Origin: Octopus bimaculoides
Taxonomy: Eukaryota
Direction: 5' to 3'
Length of the DNA stretch: 64,000 bases
NCBI RefSeq assembly: GCF_001194135.2
Contig: NC_068983.1
Location: forward strand, 116,163,606 to 116,227,605
The notes under the pieces were generated by a model. It was not told the DNA's origin. It worked only from the letters and a program-made list of their open reading frames with translations, and made no database searches. Shown in pieces: positions 48,817 through 63,296 of the stretch (position 1 is the stretch's first letter; the number at the start of each line of letters is the position of its first letter). A program made the position numbers and the translations under genes.

Positions 48817-51800
48817 GAATATATAACTGAAGAGTATCCTTTTCTGCTGGGGAAGTGATTAATTGGAGGAGATGTTTGTCTATATTTAATTGCCTTTTCT
48901 ATAAAGAGTTTGGCCTATTGGACTCAAGTGGCTATGGAACGGAAGCTAACTGTTGACTTATTTTAGCTTGTGGTAAAATTGCATAATTTTAAATTATCCA
49001 TATCCCTAATTTCTTCTTCTAAAAAAAAAAAATTTCCATTTCTATCTGGTTATCATTCACCAGTAGTCTTTTAATATTCACACAAATGACAAGTGGCTAC
49101 TGGTAGCTGATAAAAAATAAAGTTCACTTCTATTGCTAAGTGAACTGAACAATTAAATTACCAAGTTAACCTAGCAATTTTATTGTTGTTTAGCATTTTT
49201 TTTCTATGTTAACATGCTTGGATAAGTCTGTGTGTTAGTCTTACATTATCTCATTCATGAAACCTGGTGTTCCTAGGCCCTATCTACCTAATTTTTCTTC
49301 AAGTTTCTCATATATCTCTTTTTTGAGTATTGCCTGTCACGAAGTCAAGGTAATATTTTGCTCAGCTTTCCTCATTAATTCACATTTATTGACAATAATT
49401 AATTAAATTACTCTCTTATTGATATATATTTACCAATACTTTTGATATCCAAGCTGTTTTGACTAACCCATCTTCAATTGCTGTAGATATTCTATATTTA
49501 CTATTTACATATTGCATAACAATCATATAATTTATTGCCATTCAACTTCATACTTCTTAGATATACTGTTTTAAACAGCTAATTCTCATGTTAGTCCTGT
49601 ATTTAAAGACATTTCAAGCATTACCATCCTATCTTTTTGTATGTTAGAGGCTGCATTGTCCATTGGCCTTTTTTCAAAAATAATAGGATTCCATTTGAGT
49701 GAGGTACGGCTGCTTTTTCTAGACGGTCAAACAACTGCATCAAAGATCTCTTTGTTGCTTAGGATGGTAGCAGCTCCCTAATATTTTTCTGGTCCCACTG
49801 TACCTGTGTTTGTAGCCATTGTTTGTTTTGTCTACCTAGGACTGAGTTTATGCCTAATCCCTTCTTGCATGTTAACCCAGGCTGTTTCTCTCAAGATGTT
49901 TTACTGTCAAATACTTACCTTTCTTCACAGATCCTGTATAGTTATCCTTTCGCTACCAGATTTGACTCTTTTTTTTGTTACATGTAGCTGTGTTATCACA
50001 TTACAGTATAGATCCAAGCTGCATCCTATCAACACCTGTTGTATATTGCACTAAGTTCTTTATGACTATTTTTATCACCTTCACAACTTGACTCATTTGC
50101 TTATATACCTTGTAATTTTGTTCTTTTTTCTTCATACTAGGGGACAATTGTTCTGCTTTGTGAATCATTAGAAATAACTTGTACTCGCAATATGATTAAC
50201 TGAGCATGGCAAATAGTATGATTCTAGTGTGTTTTGTAAATAAATACAGCAAGAAATAGGTTTCCATTTCTTGTCTCTTCACTATCTTCTTTACATCCAC
50301 GTCCTCCTTGTTATACTATTTATATTTTTTCAATCTCCAGCAGATGTTAGATTTCTTTTTATCTTTGTGGTTTATTAAGGTTAGTCATGTCACAGACTAT
50401 ACATATGAAGTTCAACTTATAATTGTTTATGTACTATCTGAAACTTTATAAATTTTACCAGATACTAAAGCTTAACTAGAGCAAATGTAGTTCTTTCATA
50501 AAATCAATCTATTATTTAAGATGGTGAATGGTTGGTAGATGGTTTATAGGTTCATATTGTTGAATAGTTGAATGGTTGTTTGTCTGTTCTGATTAGACAA
50601 TCTGCTATTGGGATAATCTCTTGCCAAAGATAGGAAATTATACGATCAGATTTTTATATTTTCTAAAATCATTTTAATCTGTATTTTGTTTTCAGTCTTA
50701 GAAAAATACATATTTTATATTTTTTAAATTCTTGTTTCGAGTTTTACGTAGTTCTATTTCCTCTATTTTGTTTGTTGGATCATCGTTGCAGATTTGCTCT
50801 ACATGCTGTTATCATGAGGGAGGAAGCTACACTGCAGAGGTTTACTGTTGCCTTATCCATACCCAGTGTAGGATTTGAATTTAACACTGAAAGTTATTAA
50901 ATGAGTTATCAATGATGTAGTTCTCCTTTTGCTTACATCTGCCACTGTAAGCTACATATTTACTATTGGTTGGTGAGCAATAGAGAGCTATTTGCTTTTG
51001 ACTTATCACATCGCTCGTAATAGATATCTTAATACTAAACCTTCAGTCTGCTGCTTTCTGCTTTAATCTGATTTACTATAAAATAAGCATCAGTTTTTAT
51101 TTGTTCATTTAAAAAAAAAAAAAAACTGCTAATAATGAGGAATCCAGTTACAAAGATTCTCCAGGAAAACCTGGGAATATTCATTCAGGTTACAATGTTT
51201 TTATAATATTGTTATTAGGAAAAAGTTTTCATGCTGCACTGTTAGGGTAAAATCCATTGTTAAAATGGGGGACGCTATAATTATTAGCCAAAACTGAAAT
51301 TATGACAAATTGGCTAGACCCTGGCAAACTTTATAAATAGAGATAATTTTACCCTCCAGTTTTTGTGACAGTTTTTTTTCTGTGAGGCAAGATTCAATTG
51401 GATTCTGGAAGCTATGTTTGCCTGTTTAGTTTATGCACATTGTGCTTTGTATTAGGCATTTATGGAATTATATTATACTCTAAGAATTTGCCAGAACTTT
51501 TTGATTGTCAGTTTTAAAATAATTTCTGTGTCACATCTGGGTGAGTACAAAAGAAAAATCTCTTAAGTTATGTTATGATATTTATGTGAATTTTGAACCC
51601 TGCATTTGTGGCAGGTTGTGTAGTAATTTTGTTTGCTATTTTCTGTTAAGAAAAATGTTAAAATTTGTATAAATAGCTAAAGGGTGTATGAATTTAATTT
51701 TTATCATGTAGCCAAATTTTTATATTAGATAACTAATTGTAAATTTTGTCTAATGGTTACTCAGCATGCCTGTATGAAGTAATTTTGCGTGAATTTAAAG

Positions 51801-51924
51801 CAAACTAGCTATTTGTTTGACTATCTAATTTTTAACTATAATTATTGATGTAGTCTGGCAGCCATTTTGTGTCATGAACTTTTAGTTTAAATGGTTGCTT
51901 TGACATTAGATTTAATTATGTTTA

Positions 51925-52045
51925 GGTCCAAGGTTTTACATTCCAAGGTTTGACATACCAAGGTTCGAAACCCAAGGTTCGAAACCCAAGGTTGAATACC
52001 GAATTGATAGATAGCTTTTATGAAATCAAGGTTCGAAATCCACTG
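51925..52045. repeat. 14-15-bp tandem array (CCAAGGTTCGAAAC-like), probable transposon subterminal repeats
   Basis: Units start at 51928, 51943, 51958, 51972 and 51986, with a detached one at ~52028. Confidence 0.75.
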
Positions 52046-52687
52046 TCAAAATCCGGATTTTATGAAGTCCAAAATTTTTGGAATTCTGTTGTTGAAAAAC
52101 CAAATTTGTGAAACCAAAAACTGGGATACGGAGTGTGAACTTCTGAACTGTGTATATATGTTACCCTTGTAACTTTTGACTGCACGTCTGATGTAGCGTT
52201 TGCTGTTTGTTTGCGTATATATTTTTGTATGCAAGCTATTTTTATGCAGACTGTTAATAATATTTTACAAAGAATTCATGGTGTGGTGTTGTTTTAAATT
52301 CACCTTATCCACGTTGATTCTGTGAATTCGGATTATGGCCACCAAGTCGTAACAGTTTGTATTAATAGTGTTGCTGAATCTGAGATTGCCAAATGTCTCT
52401 TTTGTTATATACAGTTGTGAAGGAAAACGTGATCTATTACTTGTTTCAGTTTTTTTTTTTGGACTATCATGCTTCAAGCATTGCCTTCAAGTGTTTTAAT
52501 TGATAATATCAATTCTATTTTGTTTGGTGCTAATTTTATTGATCACTATTTAGTGAATACCTCAGTCCACATTGGGTGAAGGGGTGTAATTCAACAGACT
52601 AAATACCAAGGTATTTTTCAGTGTACTGATTATTGATGCCCTTCACACTGCTGTATGTGCACACACACACACACATGCACATATGTA

Positions 52688-52984
52688 AGGTGCAGGCATA
52701 GCTGCATGGTTAAAAGCTTGCTTTACTATCTTGTGTGACACTATAACCCTGGACCAGAGTTATAGTGAATTTGGCTGATGGAAACTGTAGAAGTCCATCA
52801 CATATATATATATATATATTTATGAATGTGTGTGTGTCTTTGTCTTCCTTCTTACTGGCTGACTATTGGTGATGGTTTGTTTGTCTCTGTAACCCAGCAG
52901 TTCAGCTAAAGAGACCAACTTGGAATAAGGACAGACTTCAAAATGGTTGACAGTCCAATGACTGAAACAAGTAAGAAATAAAAA
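52688..52984 (+). mobile_element. SINE family A, old and internally deleted
   Basis: Head remnant, (TA)(TG) tract and GACTGAAACAAGTAA tail. Confidence 0.65.
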
Positions 52985-55394
52985 ATGTATGATAGTCTTC
53001 TGCAGCATTTTTATCTTCTCAATTTTGTTCCAATAGCTTTGGTTAACCTGAGACTGGTATAAACATTGCCCTGGGTGCTGTATACTGAAATTAAAAGTGG
53101 AGCCGTATGGTTACTTGCCAGTTAACTTCAAACTTATTAACTATATAACTTTAAGAAGTGCAACTTAGATTTGTGCATTACAGAATTGTTTTTTTAAAGG
53201 TAGATTTCTTTTTTTTGAGAAAACTCCTTCATAAATTTTATTTTATGCCAAATTATTAATTTTTAGAGTAGACTTGTAGGATACCTGGTATTGCCTGGGA
53301 AACAAAGCACTTGGCTGGTAAACAATTTATTGAAAGGGATGATGACTGTTATTAATGAATTGTGATAATACTGTTTAAATTTGTTTTCAAACGCTGTTTA
53401 TATTCTCTGTAACAGAAGTACCCAGTTTGTTTTGTTTCTTAAAAAAATTTGCATTACAATAACACACTGTAATAGGAAATGACAGAGGCATTCCACTTGT
53501 GAAAATCCAGCCATTCCAGCAAGGCCATGGCCCTTGAATTGAAACTAGTGAAATATATATGTATGAAAGACTAGATGTGTATGGAAGACAAGCAATATAT
53601 CCACTCCATCATAGACTCTCTTTATCACATGTCATGTAATACTAGATACATTATAACTGGGGAAAAAACTAGGATGCTCATGGCTTGAATGTCTCAATAG
53701 TTTCCTGCTAAGGCAAGTTAGTGAAATGCAAATAAAAAAGTTTTAATTGAAGGAAATATGTGTTTATTTGTTAGTTCATTTTTACGTCCATTTTTCCATG
53801 CTAACAAGGGTTAGATGAATATATTATCGGGGAATTGTTGTGCAGCTGATTACCCATCTTGTTGCTGAACCTTAACTTTTTTCAAGGGAGGTATCTCTTA
53901 ATTTACATGTCCTTGAAAATGTGAAATAAGCAGATGATTTGTTGATAGAAGTGATAGTAATAAATTGCTTGTAGCTTGTGATTTTTGTAGAGCACCCATG
54001 CATGCGTGGAAGATAGATGTTAAATGATAATGTCGATGGATATATACAAAACACACAGATGTGAGCATGTGTCCACATGCAGGATAGACTTCTTTATCAA
54101 ATTCACTCACATGGCTTTAATTGATCTGGGTGTTATAGTAGGACACTTGCCTCAAGTATTGTGCAAGTGGGACTGAACAGAAACTGCTTGGTTGGGAAGC
54201 AAATTTCTTAACCACACTGCCATGCCTTTGCCTATAGATGTATGCATTTACACAGAAACTAATTAAATTCTGTCATTTCAATTTTCCCTTTTACTTCCTA
54301 CAATTTTATTTCCATTTCAATAAACTAACAATAATTATCTTTTAGATACTTAACCACATTTAAGTATCTAACCACATTTTAGGAATGTTCATTAAAAAAA
54401 TTGTTATAATGCACCGTTTTCGTTAATATGAAGATACATACAAAGAGATAAACTGGAGAGTTTTAGTAATACATTAAAGACGGTGAAAGTGGCTAGATTG
54501 AGAATGTAAATTTATTATAGTATTCAGCATTGTTTCCTCTCAGTTCTATGATAAAATCCTGTGTCAATATTGCCTTCCTCTATGATTGGTAGGGAAGGGG
54601 TCATTAATATATTGGAGTTTGACATAATTGGCTAAGTTATTCTTCAAAAATAGGTCTTATGTGGTTATTCAAAACTGATCATATCAGGGTTGATAAAATA
54701 AGTACTAGTTGATGCGTGTTGATGACTTTTTATGTTGAAATTAGAAGTAATTCATTCAGTAGAGTTATAATTACAACCACACTGAAGTGTATGCCAGATT
54801 TTTGACTAAAGTTCATTATTAATTGATTACATTGCTTTGTTGCAAATCTGTTTTTTTTTCATTATTCTCTTTTGTCAACTTTTATACATTCCTAAATCGT
54901 TTCATATATTTGTTTGTGACAGTAATTCCTAATACAAATATTGAAATTTTAATTTTATTATAATTGATTTTTTTTTTTTCCATTTCAAAATTAAATTAAT
55001 GTTTGTCTTTTTATCATCAAATCATGTTAGGTTTGTTAATGATAAAGAAGAGCTCTGGCACAATTTCAGCTGTGGGTGTGACTCAACTAAATTAAGTCAA
55101 ACATTTAATCAATTTGGCAATCCGTGTCTGATTTACCCTTTTGATTTCCTGAAACCTATTTAATGAATCTTAAAGTAATGAAAGATTAAGCTGATCAAAG
55201 CTTGAATGAAACCATAGAATTCTAATTCTTAGTACAAATATGCTGCTATCTTTAAAAATACCTGTTCTACAACGGAACCGAATTTCTATGTTTTTTTTTT
55301 TTTTAACCATCAACTAATAAAACATATTCCATATGTATTTTTAGGTTTTATTTCTTCATTAAACACATTTTCAATATACTATTAATGCATATTT

Positions 55395-55605
55395 AAGGTA
55401 GCGAGCTGGCAGAATCATTGGCACGCCAGTCAAAATGCTTAGCAGCATTTCGTCCATCTTAACCTTCTGAGTTCAAATTCCGCTGCAGTTGACTTTGTCT
55501 TCCATCCTTTTAGGGTTGATAAAATAAGTACTAGTTGAACACTGGGGTTGATGTAATCAACTTACTCCCTCATGAAATTGCTGGCCTTATACCAAAATTG
55601 AAACC
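55395..55605 (+). mobile_element. SINE family B
   Basis: AAGGTAGCGAGCTGGCAGAATC head plus core and tail. Confidence 0.85.
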
Positions 55606-58478
55606 AGTGTACTGTCAAAGCATTTAAAATCAATTTAATACCGGTTGGTTATTGAAAACTTGGTAGGTTGCTTGTGATGGTGATAGTTGTATTGTTTTTT
55701 GTGTTGGTGATGATAATGGTTGGGGTGTTGTTGGTGGTGACAGTGCTTATATCATTCTTGTTAATTGTATTGTTGTTACTGTTTAGTTCCAAGTTAATTC
55801 TAATTGAATGTTCTAATTCAATGTTCAAAATACACTAGAGTACCACGTGATTGGTCTTTATATTCCAGATGTAATTGTTTACCTTGTTGATGTTGTTGGT
55901 TATAATGGTGGTGATTGTATTGTTTTTTTGCTGCTGAAGCTGGAGCCACACACCACACATACACACACACAAACACACACAGTGTATGGAAAAAGTGAAT
56001 CTGGAATTTTCTTTAAAGGATTTGTATATAGATACACACTCACATATTCACAATGAAATATTCCATCTCATACTCAGTGTTCATAGTGGTACGTACATAA
56101 ATATGTGTACACACACGCTCACACACATCTTCTGTTTGTCATTGGACAGCAGCCATGCTTAGGTACCATCTTGATCTCTCTCTCTCATATTGAGGTTTTT
56201 AAATTGTGAAATTCTTTGATCTTAGCTAAAATGTCAAGAAGTGGCCTTTTGGCCAAGAAGAAAGCAATGTTTTTGAATTCCTAAAATTTATCCAAGTTGC
56301 TGTAAGAGTGAAATTACAGATTGTATTCCAGAATTAGTGGTCATACTTTACAATTTCCTTAAGCACAACATCTCATGAACTCAGTCAGGTAGCCATAACA
56401 TGTCTTCAGTTACAAAAAAATGTGGTCCAAGGGGAAGTACTCAAGTAGGCCAATGATATGAATTTAGATAATTCAGGTAGATGGAGATGTAGCAAAGCTA
56501 TAATTCACAATTTTTATATTTTATGTATTTACACCCATGTTGTATTCTAAAAGTTGGAGAGTTCTATTTAAAAATTCAGAACTTCAAACTGGGATATTAC
56601 TTTGCATTCTCTTAATTTCACTTCAAGTTGTACTTTTCTTATTTGGCATTTGTGTCGTCTTTGTTAAGATTGTGTGTGTGTGTGTGTGTGTAAAGAAAGT
56701 GGATGTTTTGATTGTGACCTCTCTGCTTTTGTTATATAATCAGTTTTAGATGTCTTGCTGGGCAGACATTTGAAAGTAGATAATCCGCATGTTGTTTATA
56801 CACATTAACTGAAATCACAGTTGCATCTCCTAGATTTTGAGGCATCCAATTAAATAGGTGTGGGCCTTTAAAAGGTTAGTTTGTCACTGTAGAGTGTTCT
56901 TAACATGAGATATGAGGAACCTTGAAGTAATACCAGAGACTCCTGTAACTAAGGTTATTTTTGTATGCCAAAATTTAGCACAATATTTTAGAGCACACTC
57001 TCATACCTAATATATTATTTCTCTTCATTTCTAGAGATTTGAAACACAGAATGCCAACATATTTCTAATACATTACATGCTTATTTTTTTGTGTGAACAT
57101 TATTTATTTTTCAAAAGTCTTTCAAATTAATGTAAAGGGAGAATATTTAAAACTTGAGTGTTGTAGACAAATTCATACAGAAGTAACATCTTTGCAACAG
57201 CTGTTATGTTGTTAGAATTATATTTGTAAGCTGCCCGTGTAGATTTGCCCATTTTTATATAGGGTAGAATACATACATAGTGTGAGTAACATGGTCACTT
57301 AGCTCTAGTTGTCTTCTAGTTGGGGTTTGTTCTTTGTTTCTGACATATCAGTTACTTTCTTTAAGTGGTTTTCAAACCACTGAAGATTTTGAGTTTTATT
57401 TATATTTTTTATAATTTGAATATTTGTTTGCATCCATTGTTTGTGTCCACTGAAATGTTTAACTCAAGTATAACCTTGGCAGTGTTATTGACAGTGGGGA
57501 ACATTTTTGCAGTATAAGTATGAATTTTGGTGCAAATAATTTATTGCTTGATGTTGTTATTTTTGTTTAACCCCTGATCAACTAAGATGTCTCCTATCTA
57601 TAGTCTAAGACAGTCCAGCTCTGATTATCCTGTCTTTTTAGGTGTATGAAACACTACATAATCTAACAAGTTCTTTCTTTGTGTCAGATTATCTTAAAAA
57701 AGAAATTTGACTAATTTTTAGCAATCAAATGACCATGTGAGTGTTTCCCAATATAGCTCAGTGTTCAATCTTAATGGAAGTCACTTTTCTGGGGTGTTTA
57801 ATGATATTTAACTTTAGCTTGCAAGGAAGGAGCATACTATCTCCTGATTATAAATACAATGTCAATTGCAGGGATTAAATTTATGATCTGTTTCAGTAGG
57901 CCTGTATCATAACAATTCAACCCACACTGTTTCAAATAAGCCATTGTTGGTTGTATGTCCTGCTTCAGGTCATGATACTCTATAGTAAGCTTTAAGAATT
58001 TTATAATCTTAATGCTGCAATTTAAGAAATTAGCAAAACAGATGAAAAACTTTTAGTTCTAACAATTTCTGTTATATTCCTAAAGTTAAAAACATTGACC
58101 TAATAGAATATTCTTATCATGTGAAGATGGTTTGAGTCATAAGAATAAGAACATTCAACCTAATTTAAGAATTTTTTCCCACTGATCTGAATAAATTTTA
58201 TGGTGGTGATTAATTATTTATTATCATTTCCATCTCTTCTATAAACTTGTGGCATAGTATCTGAGAAGTCCCTGTTTTATTTAAGAATATCTTTGGTCAT
58301 CTAGTTCATCTTTTATTTGGCTGTATGGGGTTATTTCTATTAAGTCTTGAGTTGTTCAGCTGAAGCTGTTTCACATTTCTTTTCAAATGATTTTCATTAT
58401 TTAAAGGCATGTTTAATAGCATGCCTTGTATTCAACATGGATGCTTACTTTGAGGCTGTCATCCTCAGCATGTGTTTG

Positions 58479-58481
<3 letters not shown>

Positions 58482-58526
<45 letters not shown>
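58482..58526. repeat. (CT)n microsatellite
   Basis: Direct reading. Confidence 0.95.
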
Positions 58527-58531
<5 letters not shown>

Positions 58532-59609
58532 AATCTTCTAATAGAACTTTGATAGATTTTTAGAAGGATAAAAATAGTGAAAAGGAAAAGAATAATGCTA
58601 GATCTGTCATTGTAACTTGTAACATAGAAAAGGGTTAGTTGAATGGGTGTCCACTTAGCTATTTATCTCCCATTTTAAGGAGTCAAGTTAGACGCACTCT
58701 TTTACTCACAATAACCCATTCTTGTCTATACTGGAAATTATGGGAGATCATTGTCATTATCACTTTAAACCTATGGAAATAAGTAAAACTTTTGAATTTT
58801 ATATGAGGATAAAGGAGGGAGTTAGTGTCTTAATCATCTCTAGTAATGTTATTCAAGTTAAAACTAGTTCAGTTGATTTTGTTTAGCTTTAGGTCAATTT
58901 TGAATGAGCAGATCTATAATTAAAGCCACTTCAGTCATGACCGTCTCATCTCAAGATACTGGCTGATCTGTCTTTCCTTTAAAATGGCCAATTGGGATTC
59001 GAAGGAATAATAGTAATAACAACAGTAATAATGATGATGATTAATAATGTTTCTAATATAGGCACAGGACCTGAAACTGGATAGGACTGGTTTAGTTGAT
59101 ACTGTCGACTAAGGTATATGACTTCTACTTTATCTTGCTGACTCTGAAAGATGAAAGGCTGAGTTGAACGCAGTAGGATTTGAACTCAGAACATAAAGAG
59201 CCAGAATAAATACCACAAAGTATTTCATCTACTAATGATTTGCTATAATTTCTTGCATTGGCATAAAGCCACAAGTTTTTTTGAGGGGTAGGATTAATCA
59301 TTAAAATATTTGGAAGAAGAAAAGGAAGTTCTACAAGTGATATATAATAGATTAGTTAGACAAATGAGGAATTAAAATATGTACTTACAGACAAATTAAA
59401 GGAAATTATTTCTTAGGGTCAACTAGAAAATTATGAAGAGTATGACAAGCCATAACTAAATGTGAAATAATTGCAATAAAATGTATTTGTATTACTAGTT
59501 ATAAATTACTCTGAATTGAGTCGGTCTCTTATATAAGATCTTGCATGAAGTAACATAATCATACTAACATAGTACCCTCCAAAATTAACGAGGTTTATTT
59601 GCCCCCTTG

Positions 59610-60952
59610 GATCTGTTCAGTTTGGCTCACAGATTTTTTAATTGATCTTTTTAAATTAAACAGTTTGAAATTTCGTATACTGGTGTAATTTCTCATGCAG
59701 TACACAGTTTACTTTGAACATTTTTGACAAAATTTTGTATTTTAGAAGTTATTTCATGTTAAAGTTTCTTGCATTTGGGTAATTTTAACCAATTAATGAT
59801 GTGTATTCAGTTGAAGAAAGCTACTGCTGTTTGTGATAGTAATAAAAGTGGAACAACTTCCGGGTCATCTCTACTAAATGTCACCATTCTGTTGTATTTA
59901 TTTTTTGTTTACTGCCTGTGTTGCATATTACACACTTTCGTTTTTTGGTTCTTGTGTCGGAATAACCAGTAAACATTGAAGAATCAACACCAAGAAGGAA
60001 GAAATATTATTTACATATATTTATTTCTCTGCCTGACATTGGTATTTAAGCTGCAGGCCAAATTTTGGGGAAAATTTTGGTTTTATCCACACATAAAGTG
60101 CACCTGTACTTAAAAGACCTATAGCGCTACAGGTCTGCAGCTAGCTTTTTTGTTGTTGACATGTATGTAGTTTCAAAATGCCTTATTTTACAACTATGAG
60201 ATGTATTGTTATTATGATTTTATCTTACTATAATCAACAACAAACACATTTCATCAATATAAAAGTCTTTATTGGATTAAAAATAATATTATCAAAACAT
60301 GAAGGTAAAACAAAACAAATATGCTTTGTTTTCTTCCAGGCACCAATGTACTGTAGCCATGGTCTTTCACATTGTTCACCAACTGACCTTTCCTCTGAAA
60401 AAATCAGTGGAATCAGTTGATCTCCATACACAAATTATTTTCCTCCTGAAACTTATAAAAAAGTACACATATTAGGTGCACCTTTCTGTAAGCCATACAC
60501 TAAATTTTCCAGGTAAAAAATAGTGGCTTATTCCCCAGAAAATATGGTAATTGTAGTGGCAGTGACAAGTTTGCTCGCTGGTTGGTAGTTGATAGTGTAG
60601 AAGTGGCTGTCTTCCAGTAGAGAGGGAAAGAGTAAGTAATGCACAGCGCTAGAAAGGATAACATATGAATAGAACAGAGTAGTGACATTTAGTTGAGATG
60701 ACCTGGAAGTTGTTCCACTTCGATTATTATCGCAAGCAGCAGTAACCTTCTTCAACTGAATACACGTCGTTGATTGGTTAAAATTACCCCAATACGACAA
60801 CTTTAACATGAAATAACTTCTAAAATACAAAATTTTGTCAAAAATGTTCAAAGTAAACCATGTTCAGTGTGAGAAGTCACACCAGTATATGAAGTTTCAA
60901 ACTGTTTAGTTAAAAAAAATTTAATTATCTATTTAGCCAAACTGAACAGATC
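59610..60952. mobile_element. Long inverted-repeat element (~280-bp arms at 59610-59893 and 60673-60952)
   Basis: The arms are reverse complements throughout; 59707-59766 and 60799-60858 are a perfect 60-bp match. Confidence 0.85.
60030..60548. mobile_element. pogo/Tigger-like non-autonomous element inside the inverted repeat
   Basis: Right end GTGGCTTATTCCCCAGAAAATATGG|TA; left end degenerate (GGTATTTAAGCTGCA..AAATTTTGGGGAAAATTTTGG). Confidence 0.5.
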
Positions 60953-62100
60953 TGCTTCATTTTCTGTCTCTCTCTCTATCTCTTTCAATCATCCACCTAT
61001 CTATCTAACTGATCCACTTCTCTTTATAACACCTTTTTCTTTTCTCTTCTACTCCTCTCATTACAGCCACTGCTTTCTCATTCTTCATGACTGTAATATG
61101 ACAAAAAGAGAGAAGCAACAAACAAACAAGGGACACATGACTTTTGCATTATATATATAGAGGGATTTTCTTGAAGTGATGTCTTAGAAATTATAGTTTT
61201 CATGTCTTTTCTCTGGATAATAATAGCTTATGGTTCTTTTTAATGTTTATATTCCTATCATTATTTCTATAATTAACATTCTAAACTATGTTTTCACTTC
61301 GATATTTTTTTAATCAAATATTGTGTATTAAATGTTATTTTATAAATTACACATTACATAATCAATGCCTAAATCATAAAGTACTTATTGTTCATTAAAA
61401 GGTTTTGTAAATTAATTGGGTATAAATATATTGAATTCACTCATTCACTTTGCTCTATTAATATCTAACTATATCTAACTATATAATCCCTTGAAAGTCC
61501 AATTTAAAAAAAATCATTACTAATGAACGGGAGCTACATGAATGCATTTAGCCTTTTATGACTTCTTTCATTGCAGTGCATTCACAATATAACTGAGTCT
61601 CTTGTGGAATTGAAAGACAAAAGAGAAACACAATGAGTTGTTAATCAATATTGATGTAAAGTGTATACGAGTGTTCTCAACCTCCTCATCAACTGGTCAA
61701 GTGTTTAAAGATTTACTTGCAAATAGAAGCAATTAGCTCATGCTTAGCATCATAATGCCCCCGACTACAGTTGCCTTTATAAAGTACATTTTTTTATTTT
61801 CTGTCTTGTTTTTACTTAATTTTTTTTTTTCCTTTTTAAAGATGATTGGTAGTTTGAAATAAATGATTATTAACTGAGTTAGCATCCACTTCTTACACTA
61901 ATTGTTGCAGTATTACTATGCTGAAGTATGTTTACAAAGAAAACATGATATTGATACTGCCAATGATATTGTATTGTTATACTTCTAATGTAGGTTTTTC
62001 CCTTGATATTGATTCAAAACATTTACTGCATAGACCGAGAAAAACATTTTTAAAAACATTTCTAGCAAACTTATTTCTTTGCACATATTGTTACTTGTTT

Positions 62101-62485
62101 TATCTTTAACTTGTCTGTCATTGAACTGCAGCCATGCTGGAGCACTTGCTGTCTACCTTGAAGACTTTTAGTCAAACACATTGACTCTAGCACTTATCTT
62201 TTATCTTACACTTGTTTCAGTCATTGGATTGTGGTCATGCTGGGGCACCACCTTGAAGAATTTTTAGTTGAATGAATTGACTCCAGGACTTATTTATTAA
62301 AGCTCAGTACTTATTCTATTAGTTTTTTTTTTCACCAGNNNNNNNNNNTTTTTTTTTTTTTTTTGTTAAACCCTGGTACTATTCTATTGGCCTATTTTGC
62401 TGAACTACTAAGTTATGGGGATGTAAACAAATCAACATCAGTTGTTAAGTGGGGGTGGTTGGGGAACAACTGCAGGCATAAAAAC
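62101..62485 (-). mobile_element. Two consecutive SINE family A 3' fragments
   Basis: TTG..TCAGTCATTG..CTG..GCCATGCTGG.GCAC occurs at ~62110 and ~62212. Confidence 0.65.
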
Positions 62486-63296
62486 AAAGTGACCTTCTTA
62501 ATCACTCCACCATGCTTTTTAGAAGTATCTTTACTTTTCCATTCATGTCTGATCTCCTCAGACTCTATGGATATTTTGGATTTAAAATATACTTTAACAG
62601 TTTCAGTTTCTGTGATATCTTCCACTATATTCCGAACAGCTGTATAATGTATAACCAGCTGATCTTCTCTCTAACTTTATATGTCAATTTACTCTCTCTG
62701 GCCTCTGATTTTTAGTGAGAGAGTTTAGTCATCAAAGTGTGACATTTGACTTGACCTCTAATTTCTTTTCAAATATTTTATTGTTGGACCAGAATGTATC
62801 TCACAATAATGAAAGATATCGCATTATCTGAAAAAATATAATGCAGCTGTAGGTTTTTAAATTGGTTTAAGAATATCACTGCTTTGAAAATTTGCAGAAC
62901 TTTATTCTTTTGATTTGTTGGAGTATACCAAGAAGTGCATGGTCTGATGGGAATAGAAACATATGGTTTTAATTTTGGTTTATTGCTATGCTTGTTGTAC
63001 AGTCCCAGGGGTGGGNNNNNNNNNNNNNAACTGATATATATCTGTTTATCTCTGTTTCATATGTTTTCTATTAAAGTCTATTCATCTTCGTTCTCATCTT
63101 AATCAACACCATCAACAGTTTGCCATTAACACTATTCTCATTACAAACTATACCACCATTTAGACATTGTTTAGTTAATGTTTGTGACCTAACTATAGTT
63201 TCTCTCTACATTCAAATTATATTTGTAACTTAAGTTTAATACTGTAAATGATAATAGATTGAAGAATAATGCTCAAACTCCATCGCTTTATAGCCA

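Noticed and set aside
51928-52000. CRISPR-like array
   Set aside because: The units are 14-15 bp and contiguous, with no unique spacers, in eukaryotic DNA.
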